Shown piece after piece: positions 26,026-38,294 of a DNA stretch of 64,000 nucleotides (position 1 is its first letter; every line of letters begins with the position of its first letter). Both the position numbers and the translations under genes were made by a program. A model generated the notes under the pieces. The model saw only the letters and a program-made list of their open reading frames with translations. It had not been told where the DNA came from and did no database searches. Source of the stretch: Octopus sinensis. Lineage: Eukaryota. The stretch spans positions 58,900,001 through 58,964,000 of the forward strand of contig NC_042997.1 in the NCBI RefSeq assembly GCF_006345805.1. The letters run 5' to 3'.

Positions 26026-27305
26026 TTAGGTTGTCAAGAAAGGTCTTGTGGTTTTTAACCTTTAAATTCAGATGCACATATCTCGACTCAAACAATACTT
26101 TATTAATCGAAATAAGCATCATCAGAATCAACACACTTTTGCCAACGTGAAACAAGTTTATTTATGCCAGTAGCGTAAAAATCCTGTGTTCTGGTGGCGA
26201 GGAAGTCATTGAAGGCTTGGTTTTTTAAGCATTTCTCACACGGGAAGTTGTCGAGATGCTTGAAAAAGTGGTAGTCGGTAGGCGAGAGGTCTGGTGAGTA
26301 TGGCGGATGAGGCAGAGTTTCGTAGCCCAATTCATTCAACTTCTGCAGGGTCAGTCGTACGACGTGCGGCCAAGTGTTGTCGTGGAGAAGAATTGGTCCT
26401 TTACTATTGACCAATGCTGTCTGTTGTTGTCGGAGTTTCTTATGCATTTCATCCATTTGCTGACAGTACTTCGCCGTAATGGTTTCGCCTGGATCCAAAA
26501 AGCTGTGATGGATAGGACCGGCCGCAGACCACCAAACGGTCACCATGACTTTCTTTTGGTGCAACTTTGGCTTCGGAATGTGTCGTGGAGCTTCGTCGGT
26601 GTCCAACCACTGAGCTGAGCGTCGCCGATTGTCGTAAAGAATCCACTTTTCATCGCAAGTCACAATCCGGTCGAGAAACGGGTCGTTCCTGTTGCGTAAA
26701 ATAAGGGAAGACGACACTTCAAAACGGTGTTTTTGTTTTTGTTGTGTTTTTTTGTCGTTCAATTCGTGCGGCACTCATTTCTCAAGTATTTTTGTTTTTC
26801 CAATCTCCTTCAAGTGGTTGGAAATTGTCGTAACGTTATGTCTAATTCAGAAGCAAGCTCTCGAACAGTTGTGCGTGCATTGGCTTCGACTATGGCTCTT
26901 AGTTAATTGTTGTCAACATCCGATGGCCGACCACTACGCTTATCATCTTCATGACTCTCGTCACTGCTACGAAATTTATTGAGCCACCATTGTGCTGTAC
27001 GTTCATTAGTGGTTCCTGGACCAAACGCATTGTTGATATCGCGATCTGCTTCGGCAGCTTTTCGGTCTAGCTTGAACTGGAATAAGAAAATTGTGCGAAT
27101 TTGCTTTTGGTCCATGTTGTATTCAACGTTTCGGAAAAAAATGGCCTAATTATTCAAAAAGGAAAAGAGTAACACGATTAGATAGAGCGAAAAACGGGCT
27201 TTAAAATGATATATAAAGTCAAAGTATTTTAACGAAAATTAATTTGAAAATACATCATTTAAAACCAAAATTAAAAATTCCGCAAGAACTTTCTTGACAA
27301 CCTAA
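26026..27305 (-). mobile_element. Full-length (1280 bp) decayed mariner transposon, Hsmar1/cecropia-like, DD34D
   Basis: TIRs TTAGGTTGTCAAGAAAG(G/T)TCTTG(T/C)GG at both ends with TA flanks (26024-25, 27306-07). Transposase at ~27115-26103: MDQKQIRTIFLFQFKL...GRP...VPHEL...IVTCDEKW...LLHDN...[16 protein letters not shown]. Contains stops and frameshifts. Confidence 0.95.
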
Positions 27306-27691
27306 TACAATGACTTGTATGTCTACTCAATCAATAAATTAATCAATAAATTAACGGAACAATTAGTCCAGTACAATTCTCTTCAGAACTTAACGTAATT
27401 GTGGTAGATTTTCAAATTCTCGTTCAGACATACTTCCCCAAGCATCCTGCATACAAATCTGAAGAGGTTGATTGAGATCTGACCGTTCCATTTGTTTATT
27501 GCTAAATTGATTAATTAATTAATTAATTAACTATATATATAAGCCATTGTATGGCAATGAAGCAATTTTTCAAGCCATTCAAAATGTTCATAACTGTGAA
27601 TAATATCACATAAAACCTAATTCTTCATTCTTTGTCTGATTCCATTTATAGCCTGCGATTAATGTACCAACCAATCGACTTGGGAATAACT

Positions 27692-27904
27692 TCCGATGGG
27701 AGTGCTGAAATGTTCTGGTTTTAAGGGTGTCGCAAAAGACCTGGTTGGAGGTCCAACCTTCCGAGTTCTTTTGCAGGGTTTAGGAAACCGAAGGACTGCT
27801 ACAATACGTATGTGAATTTGAGAATGAAATATGTTGAATAAAAACATAACTGATTCTGCTGTATTTTCTTTTACCCAAAGCCAAAAACTTTTCTGCACCG
27901 TTCG
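27692..27904. mobile_element. Mariner-type MITE (~215 bp)
   Basis: The left end CCGATGGGAGTGCTGAAATGTTCTGGTTTT and right end AAAGCCAAAAACTTTTCTGCACCGTTCG|TA are degenerate inverted repeats of mariner style. Confidence 0.55.
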
Positions 27905-28624
27905 TATATGAATATATATGTGTATGTATGTGTGTGTGTGTGTATGTATATATGTAGGTAGGTAAGTAGGTAGGTAGGTAGGTAGGTAGGTAGGTAGGTA
28001 GATAGGTGTGTAGGTAGGTAGGTATACATACATATGTGTCATGCAGAGTTAGCGCTTAAAATCTTTGAACGTTTTGTTTATTTCCATAGTGTCGATGTGG
28101 TATACGAGTCATAAAAAGTTCATTCAAATCTTTTGTTATTAGAGTTATCTGCATCGTGTACAGTGAGGTCTCGCCGTACGTCAGTGGGCCGAGCGTGTTG
28201 AACACAGTCATCATAGGGGAACAACTTCTCCTATGATGTGCACCCCAGCGACTAACACATTTTGCGTCTGAACCTACCTTGCCATTTTAAGAATAAATGT
28301 GCGAATAATTATAACTAAAAGAAATGATAATTTTATTGTTTTTATTGAGTTTCATTTATGTAATTGTAAATCGTTTGGTGGCTGTGTTCGATTTTATTAC
28401 AGCTATGTCTTATATTTTTGACTTGTTTCAGTCATTGGACTGTGGCCAAGCTGGGGAATATTCTTGAAAGGTTTAGTCAAAGAAATAACCCCAAATACTT
28501 ATTTTTTAAAGCCTGGTGCTTATTCTGTCGTCCCGTTAAGTTATCAGAACGCAAACAAACCACTACTGGTTGTCAAGCGGAGATGGAGAACAGACATAAC
28601 AGAAACACAAAGGCACAGGCGATA

Positions 28625-28806
28625 GATCGGTAGCCACTACACACATTTTTTTCTCTCCTCGTTTCTTTCTGTGTTCCTTTCTGTGGAAGAGCGTAGGTTC
28701 GAAATATAAAATACTTTTTCAATTCCCGAGCGTTATACTAATACATCTGTTTGTTTTCTACACCACCTGTCTTTGTCTTTTATTTTTTCTTTCGTGAATT
28801 CTCCCT
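28625..28806 (+). mobile_element. Short (~180 bp) non-autonomous element with a hammerhead-like core
   Basis: CCTTTCTGTGGAAGAGCGTAGG(T/C)TCGAAATATAAAA motif; homologs at 30588-30780 (-) and 33735-33903 (+). Confidence 0.6.
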
Positions 28807-28808
28807 AT

Positions 28809-28868
<60 letters not shown>

Positions 28869-28983
28869 TTAATTAGAAGATATATCTTAAAGGGATAATT
28901 ACATCCAAGAAAACACTGGTTCTATACCTTATGTCTTTGGGAAACAAAATTTCCCTAAAAGGTATGTATTAAGTATATAATCC

Positions 28984-29261
28984 GTATTAAATTAAGAGAA
29001 GAAAATGGAGAGTTAGTGGTTAATATTTATATATTTATCAATAAATTAATAGTCATTTCTTCCTACACCTGTTTCCATTTGTACTCATTGAATAAATTAC
29101 AAATTTATGCAATAAATTAACATTTATAAGTTATGAGCAAAATATCCTCAAGGATGTTTATTTAATGTGTACAAATGGAAACAGCTATAGGAAGAAATGA
29201 TTATCAATTTATTAATAAATAAATATTAACAACTCCCCATTTTCTTCTCTTAATTTGATAC
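28984..29261. repeat. Imperfect fold-back (arms 28984-29084 and 29169-29261)
   Basis: GTATTAAATTAAGAGAAGAAAATGG...TCATTTCTTCCTA..CTGTTTCCATTTGTAC is mirrored in the right arm. Confidence 0.85.
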
Positions 29262-29271
29262 AGATAATATA

Positions 29272-29306
<35 letters not shown>

Positions 29307-29354
29307 ATGTATGTATGTATGTATGTATGTATGTATGTATGTATGTATGTATGT

Positions 29355-29677
29355 GAAGCCGCATGGCTCAGTGGTTAGAGCGTCGAGGTTGTGAGTTTGA
29401 ATCAAGGAACCGGGCTGTGTGCTGTGTTCTTGAGCAAGATGCTTTATTTCACGTTGCTCCAATTCACTCAGCTGTAGAAATGAGTTGCGACGTCACAGGT
29501 GCCAACCTATATCGGCCTTTGCCTTTCCCTTGAAAAACGCTGGTGGCGTGGAGAGGGAAGGCCAGTATGCATGGGTGACTGCTGGTCTTCCATAAACAAC
29601 CTTGATCGGATTTGTGCCTGGGAGGGTAACTTTCTAGGTGCAATCCCATGGTCAGTCATGACCGAATGGGGTCTCAG
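29355..29677 (+). mobile_element. tRNA-derived SINE family C
   Basis: GCATGGCTCAGTGGTTAGAGCG A-box, partial B-box, and TGTGTTCTTGAGCAAGATGCTTTATTTCACGTTGCTCCAATTCACTCAGCTG central block. Confidence 0.75.
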
Positions 29678-29698
29678 CTATGTATGTGTGTATATATG

Positions 29699-29751
<53 letters not shown>

Positions 29752-29772
29752 CTATGTGTGTGTATATATATG

Positions 29773-29803
<31 letters not shown>

Positions 29804-30587
29804 TATATACGTATGTATTATGTATGTGTGTATAAACACTATCGGTGCACATACATAGCTCCCCACCGACACGAATGTTAAGGAACACCTGAATATCATA
29901 GACCAGGCGTGACAACTTGTCACGGATGATATTTCGCCTTTATCGTGGCTTATCAATGCCGTGTACACGGATCACCTCGAAACGAAATGAATTGCTGGTC
30001 TAGAACTTATTTGCAAATAGAGTGAAGTCTATTTGCTAATATATTGCAGCGTAGCACGCGTGAGAAAAAATTAAATTACAAATTAAAGGCAGCTCTAGTA
30101 ATGTAAACATTATCGGTCGCACATACATACTGTATGTGTTTCACTTATACGTTCGTTTACTGCGGGACAGCGTCCAGGGAAAACTTCCCACACGACGCCG
30201 AGTGTTAAAGAACCCCAAATGTCGCAGATCGGGTTAGACGACTCGCCTCGGATGACCGAGAATGCTAGATACCGATTGCAATGTTATTATCAATCCGAAT
30301 ATACTTGGTGCACGTTCGAACTGGGGAACAAGCTACTCACTGCGTTTTGTCACGGAGAATATACCTCGCTTGCTGACAAATGGTGTGTGTACACCTAGAT
30401 CAGCTTGCAGTGCCACCTACTTAGACTGTGAGATGCATTTCGGAGTAGTTATCTCCTCATCGGTCACAGACACTAGGCAGACGACGCTACGAGCTGAATT
30501 AAGAGATTACCTTTCTTACGTTTTTCCAGTCTCCGGATCACCGTAAGTAAATTACGGAGGGGATGCGCTAAGCAGTGAATAAAACTG

Positions 30588-30780
30588 GGGAGAATTCACG
30601 AAAAAAAAAAGACAAAAGACGAGGACAGGTGGTGTAGAAAACAAATAGATGTATTAGTATAACGCTCGGGAATTGAAAAAGTCTTTTATATTTCGAGCCT
30701 ACGCTCTTCCACAGAAAGGAACACAGAAAGAAACAAGGAGAGAAAAAAAATGTGTAGTGGCTACCGATCCATCATGGCGA
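30588..30780 (-). mobile_element. Short hammerhead-like element (inverted partner of 28625-28806)
   Basis: The reverse complement is nearly identical to 28625-28806, including the 5' GATCGGTAGCCACTACAC. Confidence 0.6.
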
Positions 30781-32384
30781 CTGACAAATAAATAAAACTG
30801 CAATGTTATTATCAGTCCGAATATGCTTTATGCATGTTCGAACCGGAGAACAAGCTACTCATTGCGTTTTGTCACGAAGATACTGATATTTCGCATCACT
30901 CTTTTTGCACAGAAGTCCCAGAACAGCGATTCATTTCAAGGCGATCCGACGATATAGTATCGATAAGCCACAATAAAGTCGAAATATCGGTGACCAGGTG
31001 GGGTTGGTTCAATTATATTTAGTACGGCACTGAAGACTATTACTATGTTTGTTAGATCTATAACACAGTATACTGTCGGAATTGATTATACGCATATTTC
31101 TAACAAAAGGAGTAAATATTCTGTGAATTCTTGCCGCATATCGAGAGCGACATGCTTCTGTGCTGTATTATAACGTATCTGTTTTACAGTTTTGTTTTTG
31201 CTTCGCACCAAAATGGTAAAATTTAGGACTAACACTCGAAGAAACACGATATTGACTTACGGATGTCTTGTCAACTGTCAAAATAACGCAAATAAAACAT
31301 TGTATATTTTCTCCAAAATTGAAACTTTTTTAATTTATTGTAATTAATGTAATTACTCTAATTAATTAATTACATTTTTTATAATATAATTAATATAATC
31401 ATCATGAAGCTTCAGAAACCCAAAGTGATAAACAAATAATCAATACTACAACACTAGCAATTATCTATGAGTTTTCTTAATCAGAAGTACCTGTCAAAGT
31501 GATTTTATATCAGAAGTTAAGGTGAAATTGGAGTTGCAACTTTCCTGCGTATGTAAAGACATTATGAAATTCTTCAGCACGCACGCACGCAACACACACA
31601 CACACACACACACACACCACACACACACACACACATACATACACACACACACACACACACACCACACACACACAAATAACCCTCCCCCACCTTAGAGGTG
31701 GAATTAGTGCTTCTCAGCCCGATTTGTCTGACCTGTGACTCCTCTCAAAGGAATGAGAGGCCAAAACTAGTCTTGATATTGCGCCGGTCGTTCGCACCTG
31801 TGCCGCGTTTGTCACGACTGAGGTCGGATTCACCCAGCGCTGTGTGCCGAAGGGACATCCACATTAACGTAGTGTGGAGGTGCACCCTAAACCAGAAGAT
31901 CTTAGCAGTGCTTGTATTGCAATATTGCAGTTCCAAAATTTGGATGTGGGTTTTCTCTGAATAATCTTATCTCCACACGCTGTAAGAACAATTATATTTC
32001 CATCAATGGTTTACTTACCGATTCTCTGATTTCAACTAATTTCCTCAAATCACTTTACGAATTAAGGAATATCAAGAATAAAAGATGATATATTATCTTC
32101 AATAAAAGTTTCGAATTATTTTCACATTTACTTAATTTCGTATTCCTACGTAATTTTCTTGTATGTATATGTGTGGTGGGTGTGTTTAATGAGAGGAAAA
32201 CATGAAGAATGAACTTGATATTCCTTTATTTCATCTGATATATGTTTTTGTATTGGGTAATTAATTAATGATGTCACGCTACAAACGCAATTTATAAAAG
32301 CAGCTCATAAATGCAGTTTTACAAAGCATTTAATCTCACCGAACACGTTTCACACGGTGTCAAAATATAGATAACAGTAGAAAT

Positions 32385-32520
32385 CATTTTTCTAACCGAC
32401 TAGCCGCTGCCTTCAAAATTTCAGGCCTTGTGTCTTTGGTAGAAAGCATTTTTCTAACCGACTAGCCTCTTCCTTCAAAATTTCAGGCCTTGTGCCTATA
32501 GTAGAAGGCAATTTTCTAAC
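32385..32520 (+). repeat. 62-bp tandem duplication of the SINE-B 3' tail
   Basis: CATTTTTCTAACCGACTAGCC...AAATTTCAGGCCTTGTG.CT.T.GTAGAA recurs at 32385, 32447 and partially at 32509. Confidence 0.85.
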
Positions 32521-33734
32521 AAACAAGCAAGCATCTTCTATGAATATTTATGTACCCGATCATGAATGAATGTACATAAAGTTATAGGCAGTTGAACGTT
32601 GTTCCAAGCAGTTTGGCATTTATAAGATATTTAATGTCCATGGCAAGTGAATTGTATACTGAACAATTATTTACGAGTAAGTAAATGTAAATTGCATATT
32701 TTTACATCGGTCCTATATGCTATTCAATATAGGCCCATCTAATTTGTGTAGCTTTACGTAATTAAGAAAAGTTTTTTTTAAGAAAACCCATCCAAAAATA
32801 CGTCACAATGTCCAACATAAAAACGTTATACGTGCACTTTATCATGGTCCTTTTTAAAAGCATTACATTGAACGATGTGCTTTGTTAGAGCAATAACTGT
32901 ATTTAAAAAATCTGTTGACTTCCTTGGCTGAGCTACTGGACGCTACACAGTATTACACACTACAGCAATAAATTTAATGGCGCAGTGAGCGGCTCCTAAT
33001 CGTTGCATCGTGTGGCACTTCGTTGTTTAAGAGTTAAACAACAGAAAAATCACTGAAAATAATCATGCACCAACTAGATATATTGAAATTTAAAACCTTA
33101 CTTTGCGCTACTGAAAAATGTGCTGCAGGGGTTTCAAAAGAACGGTGTAAAGTTAATTAATTTCTTGTAAATAGAATTAGAAAAACGCATCACTTTATGA
33201 AATCACAAAAGTTCCAAAAACTTTCTGAAATTATAATTAGTCAACTATCCAAAGATCTGACAACTCTCAAGATATTGCGTTACTATTAACATTTAAACTT
33301 AAATTACTACCAATTTAGTTTTAGAAATTAAATGCCGCTTCTGTATCGTTTAACGCTATTACATACCTTAATATACAATCGAGTACACTTCAAATTTATA
33401 ACTTGTCATAACGTCTTTACCTCAATTATGAATTCTTATAGGCTCATACTACATACATATTAATTGTGTGAGCCGCGAATTTACTTTGAATGGTTTTACA
33501 AGTCTTGGTATCATTTTCGTGCGTATATGTTGTTGTAAGTATGTGTTTGTGTGTGCGTGTGCATGCTTCCGTGTGTCTGCGTATGTGTGTGTGTGTGTGC
33601 ATTTCGAACGCTTGTAATTACATAAATGCATATATTTACATCTTTTGCGATTACCAGTACTTTATTATCTCCCCTTCTTCCTAGCTCTCGTGACCAACTA
33701 CCTATTTCCAACTAGTCGCCATAATTGACCGCTA

Positions 33735-33903
33735 AATCCACAAGATTTTATTCTCTCCCTGTTTATTTCCTCGTGTTCCTTTCTATCGAAGAGTGTAGGC
33801 TCGAAACATAAAACAACTTGCTCAGCTTCCCAAGCGTCAAACTAATATACCTGCTTGTTGTTTATACACCTGTCTTTGTCTTTTCTTTTTCTGTAAATTT
33901 CAT
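33735..33903 (+). mobile_element. Short hammerhead-like element, older copy
   Basis: CCTTTCTATCGAAGAGTGTAGGCTCGAAACATAAAA...ACACCTGTCTTTGTCTTTT. Confidence 0.55.
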
Positions 33904-33904
33904 A

Positions 33905-33917
33905 TATATACATATAT

Positions 33918-33980
<63 letters not shown>

Positions 33981-33984
33981 ATAT

Positions 33985-34017
<33 letters not shown>

Positions 34018-34073
34018 GAAATATATAATATGAAATATATTATATATATATATAATATATATATATATATAAT

Positions 34074-34139
<66 letters not shown>

Positions 34140-34187
34140 TATATATATATATATTTTTTCATATATATATATAATATATATATATAT
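33905..34187. repeat. Interrupted (TA)n array
   Basis: Direct reading. Confidence 0.95.
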
Positions 34188-34964
34188 GTTTAGGGAAAGA
34201 TCTTTTCAAAAAGTTAAGATTAAGAAAAAAACTTTTTAGATAGCAGAATGGTATTAACCTTTAGGAATGAATTTCACAAATTGTGTATAGGCTTTAATAA
34301 ATGTGAAGCGCTTTCAGTTCTCAATGCTATCTAGCACGTGTTGTGGCTATTGTATGTAGCGGAAGTTGTTTTAGGTAAAGTTGTTGATTATTTCCGTTTT
34401 AGTTTCGGATTCAGAAACCTTATAAAATATTCTTATTTTACCTTTCCAAGTAGGTCGTTTTCTTTCATCCTGTGTCGTATATCAGGAATGTTGCTGCATT
34501 CGACCGTTCTTATATTTCTGTTATTTTCTATTATTTATAATTAGACGAAAATTCTCTTCCTTTTTTTATTAACTCTTTTTCTTTTGTTTTTGTGCGTTGA
34601 CACTCAACTTTGAATGGAATATTTTACTCAATCGTCGCAGTTACTCTTCCTATGTCATTTCTTTCATATCACCAAGCCCTCTTTTGTTTTTTAACGCTGT
34701 TACTTAAGTGCTACCTTTCCTTGCGTGGTCGGAAGAATACAATAAAAACAAATTTTTATGCGACTGTACTATCCATAGTTTTTCGTCTTATTTATACGTT
34801 ATCCGCTGCATTCTTAGCCCATTCCTTTCTAACGTCAATTACCTTAGTGATATGAAATACCACTGGCGTAACCACAGTTGTAGTACTATGAAATTTAAAT
34901 GTTTTGGATTTTAAAATGCGCTGAAAATATCCGGATTCTGCTCTCTACGCTTTTCTAATTAATC

Positions 34965-35460
34965 AGAATGGGTGGGGAGGCTCGATAACATGTGGCATCA
35001 TCTTCTTTACCACCAGGTGTATCCCACGGCAGTGTGTTGGTGGATCCAAATTCCTCAATAACATTACTGGAGTTCCCACTTTAAGTTCCAATTTGTGGAG
35101 AGATAGTCCTGGAGGCTCCAACAAATTGAGAAATTCTGTTGGATAATTTACCACCCTTTTTGGATCTGGGATTGTATTGACTGACTTATAGATGTGAAGA
35201 CATCTAGGAAGTTACTGCAGCAGCTGCTCATTAATTTTACTTACAGTGCTGTTTTTAGAAACCAGTATTGCTCTTTCACACAGCCAGTTGAGATTGTGAT
35301 AATTTTTTGACCAATGGATGTTGGTCAAATGGATGTTCTCTTAAAGTTACTTCGCAAATCGTTACCTACCTTCTCCACGTAACTCAGGAAAGGCTGCTTT
35401 CTGCTCCCAGTGGGCCCGTTGCTCATTATATGAAACCTCTTAAGAGTCTAAAACCATCTC
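34965..35460 (-). mobile_element. Helitron PIF1-helicase fragment
   Basis: YPTEFLNLLEPPGLSLHKLELKVGTPVMLLRNLDPP...LVVKKMMPHVIE is the typical Helitron helicase segment. Confidence 0.9.
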
Positions 35461-35569
35461 TGGAACATAATTATGTATGTTCCCAGTTTGGATAAAATCA
35501 GTTGTAAAATTCAGAAGTTATACAGGTTTACACACACACACAACCTCACTTTTATATATAGAATGAAAT

Positions 35570-35669
<100 letters not shown>

Positions 35670-35832
35670 TGTGTGTGGTTGTGTGCGTGCGTATGTGTAT
35701 TACTGAGATATGAGACAGTTGGTTTTGACAGACCATGAAATATTAAAATTAGCAGAGTCAAAGGAAATGAAAACTGATAATAAATTTCCGTATAGTAATT
35801 TATCACTATGGTAAATATTCCTTTAATGCTCT

Positions 35833-35943
35833 TCAGGAGCCACCTCTTTTAATATCTGATGAATTCGAATGAATTGTTTCCGTAAAGATTATTTCAGCCT
35901 CAGGATGAAAGATCTTGCAAGTGGAAGTATTAAAGATATTCAC
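35833..35943 (-). pseudogene. LRR-like coding remnant, copy B
   Basis: VNIFNTSTCKIFHPEAEIIFTETIHSNSSDIKRGGS*; paralog of 38036-38146 with 10 synonymous versus 8 non-synonymous codon differences. Confidence 0.45.
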
Positions 35944-36350
35944 ATCGTGATATTTTCTTCAACGGAAAATAGAAATCTGTCAATACTTTGAAAGTATAAA
36001 TATCCATTTAATGCAAGGTGCATTAGGTTCGTGGATATTTAGTAAATAGATGTCAATGATACGAGGATATCGGGTCAATGTACATTTTGTTAAAATCAGT
36101 TTCAGTCAGTGATAATGGAAGGTCTTGGATACGAAGCATCAAATTATATAAAATTCAGTCATAGCCAGTGAATGTGAAATGCTAAGATGACTGACGCATC
36201 TAACTTGCATTGTTTTCTATATATTTCGGAAGTTAAAAATACGTTAATGAGAATGAGGTTCAATAGCTAAAGAAGAGCATGAAAAGATATTAATAAACAT
36301 CATTTTCAGAAATGCTAGACAAGCAAAATCAAGCGTATAGTTTTGGTGGT

Positions 36351-36412
<62 letters not shown>

Positions 36413-36429
36413 CCAACACCATCACCACC

Positions 36430-37385
36430 AAAATGGGCTATGATGGTAACGAGACGAAGAAAATTTATTAGAGCAGAAGGTATAAGCATGCTGAGTGGTG
36501 AAACAATGAAAGCAACTGAACCTAAATCTGGATACAGATACCTATGAATACTTGAGCCAGATGGAATTAAGCTTGCTGGTATAAATGAAGAGACAAAGGA
36601 AGAATATCTGTGGCGATTGAGAAAGATATTGGGTTCAAATCGAATGCCAGAAACATAACTTCGGCAAGAAACTCACGCGCAGTTGCAATGGTTCGACATG
36701 GAGCTGGAAGCCTGAAGTGGACAGAGGATGGGCAAACGGATTTGGACAGGAAGACAAGAATGTTCGTAACAATGGATTGAGCCCATCATTCATGTGCAAA
36801 AATTGATCGTCTGTACATGAAGAGAGCAAATGGAAGAAAGAGCTGATAAGTTTGGAAGACTGTGCGCATATTGAACACATGAACTTGCTAAGATATCTAA
36901 CCCAAAGGGAGGAAACCTTGTTAGTGGCAGTTAAAATGAGGGCATATGGAAAACAGGAAAAATTAAAGAACAAAACAAAAAGTACACAAAGGACATGAAG
37001 AAGCACTACTCATCAAGGGAGTACACAATCAAATCAGTGTAGCTATAAATGACGTTGCTGCAGAACATGGCTGGGTCACTTAAGGAACGCTTAAAAATGA
37101 GACTGAGAGCACTACACTTGCAGCGCAAGACCAAGCCACAAATTGGAGTGTCAGCCTTAGAAATGAGCAGAAATTATGCTGAATTTGTAATAGAGTTGAC
37201 GAAACTATTGCCCATATTTTGAATGAGTGCCCTCGACATGTCCGGCAATATGATTAGGTAGCGACAAGTTATGGCAATATGATTAGGTAGCGAAAGTACG
37301 ATCAGAATCATCAAAGTATTAGATAGTTGAAGAAAACAGATAGCATGCTACTCATGCAAGACTCCAGGAGGTCCAACAAATCAGG
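36430..37385 (+). mobile_element. Degenerate R4/Dong-like LINE fragment flanked by (AGT)n
   Basis: YLGILE-like, EEYLWRLRKILGS, DRKTRMFVTM, IDRLYMKR, LKNETESTTLAAQDQA. (AGT)n at 36351-36411 and 37387-37423. Confidence 0.7.
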
Positions 37386-37424
<39 letters not shown>

Positions 37425-37604
37425 CAGCAGCAGCAGCAGCAGCAGCAGCCGTTCAAGAATTTGGACCCAGTGGTGTCGAGCGTCAACGAAAAGCCCTCGA
37501 CTACAACAAGACCACCAAAGTTTTTTTTTCCAAGGTCTGGGGTCTCCTGCCCCTAAGCCCTAGACCATCGCCTAATCACCCTTACCCGTCTTGTTGCTTA
37601 GCAA

Positions 37605-37643
<39 letters not shown>

Positions 37644-37644
37644 C

Positions 37645-37678
<34 letters not shown>

Positions 37679-37774
37679 TAATGCATTTTTGGCAACAAGT
37701 TCAAAAATTACTGTTACGATAAGAGTGTTTTGCTACACTATCTAAATTTACGTGTGTGTGTGCGTGTGTGTGTG

Positions 37775-37854
<80 letters not shown>

Positions 37855-38035
37855 AAGATATCTTAGTCCAACATAAAATAATTGGCTTCTATGAAGTATG
37901 AAACACTTAATTTTTTTCAGAATCAAGTGAAGTGAAATAGCATCGGTTCAGAATCGAAACTCCAGAAATTACTCGGCAGAAAATTTATCACTGTGGTGTT
38001 CACTAGAGATACATTAAATATTCTTTTAATCCTTT

Positions 38036-38146
38036 TCAGGAGCCACTTTTTGCAATATCAGATGAATTCATGTGTATCGTCTCCTTGAAGATTACTTCGG
38101 CCTCAGGGCGGAAGATCTTACAAGTAGAAATATTAAAGATATTCAC
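38036..38146 (-). pseudogene. LRR-like coding remnant, copy A
   Basis: VNIFNISTCKIFRPEAEVIFKETIHMNSSDIAKSGS*; VNIFNISTCKI fits LxxLxLxxCxL. Confidence 0.45.
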
Positions 38147-38294
38147 AGCTTGTGATGTTTTCTATATACGTTTGTAGTCAGGAATAGATTACCAACTGGA
38201 TACAATCCATCAATAATCTAAGTGCTTTCTGTTGATAATGTTCTTACGTTTCTATTTTCAGCTTTTTTCAGCACGCCGCCTTAATAATAATAAT

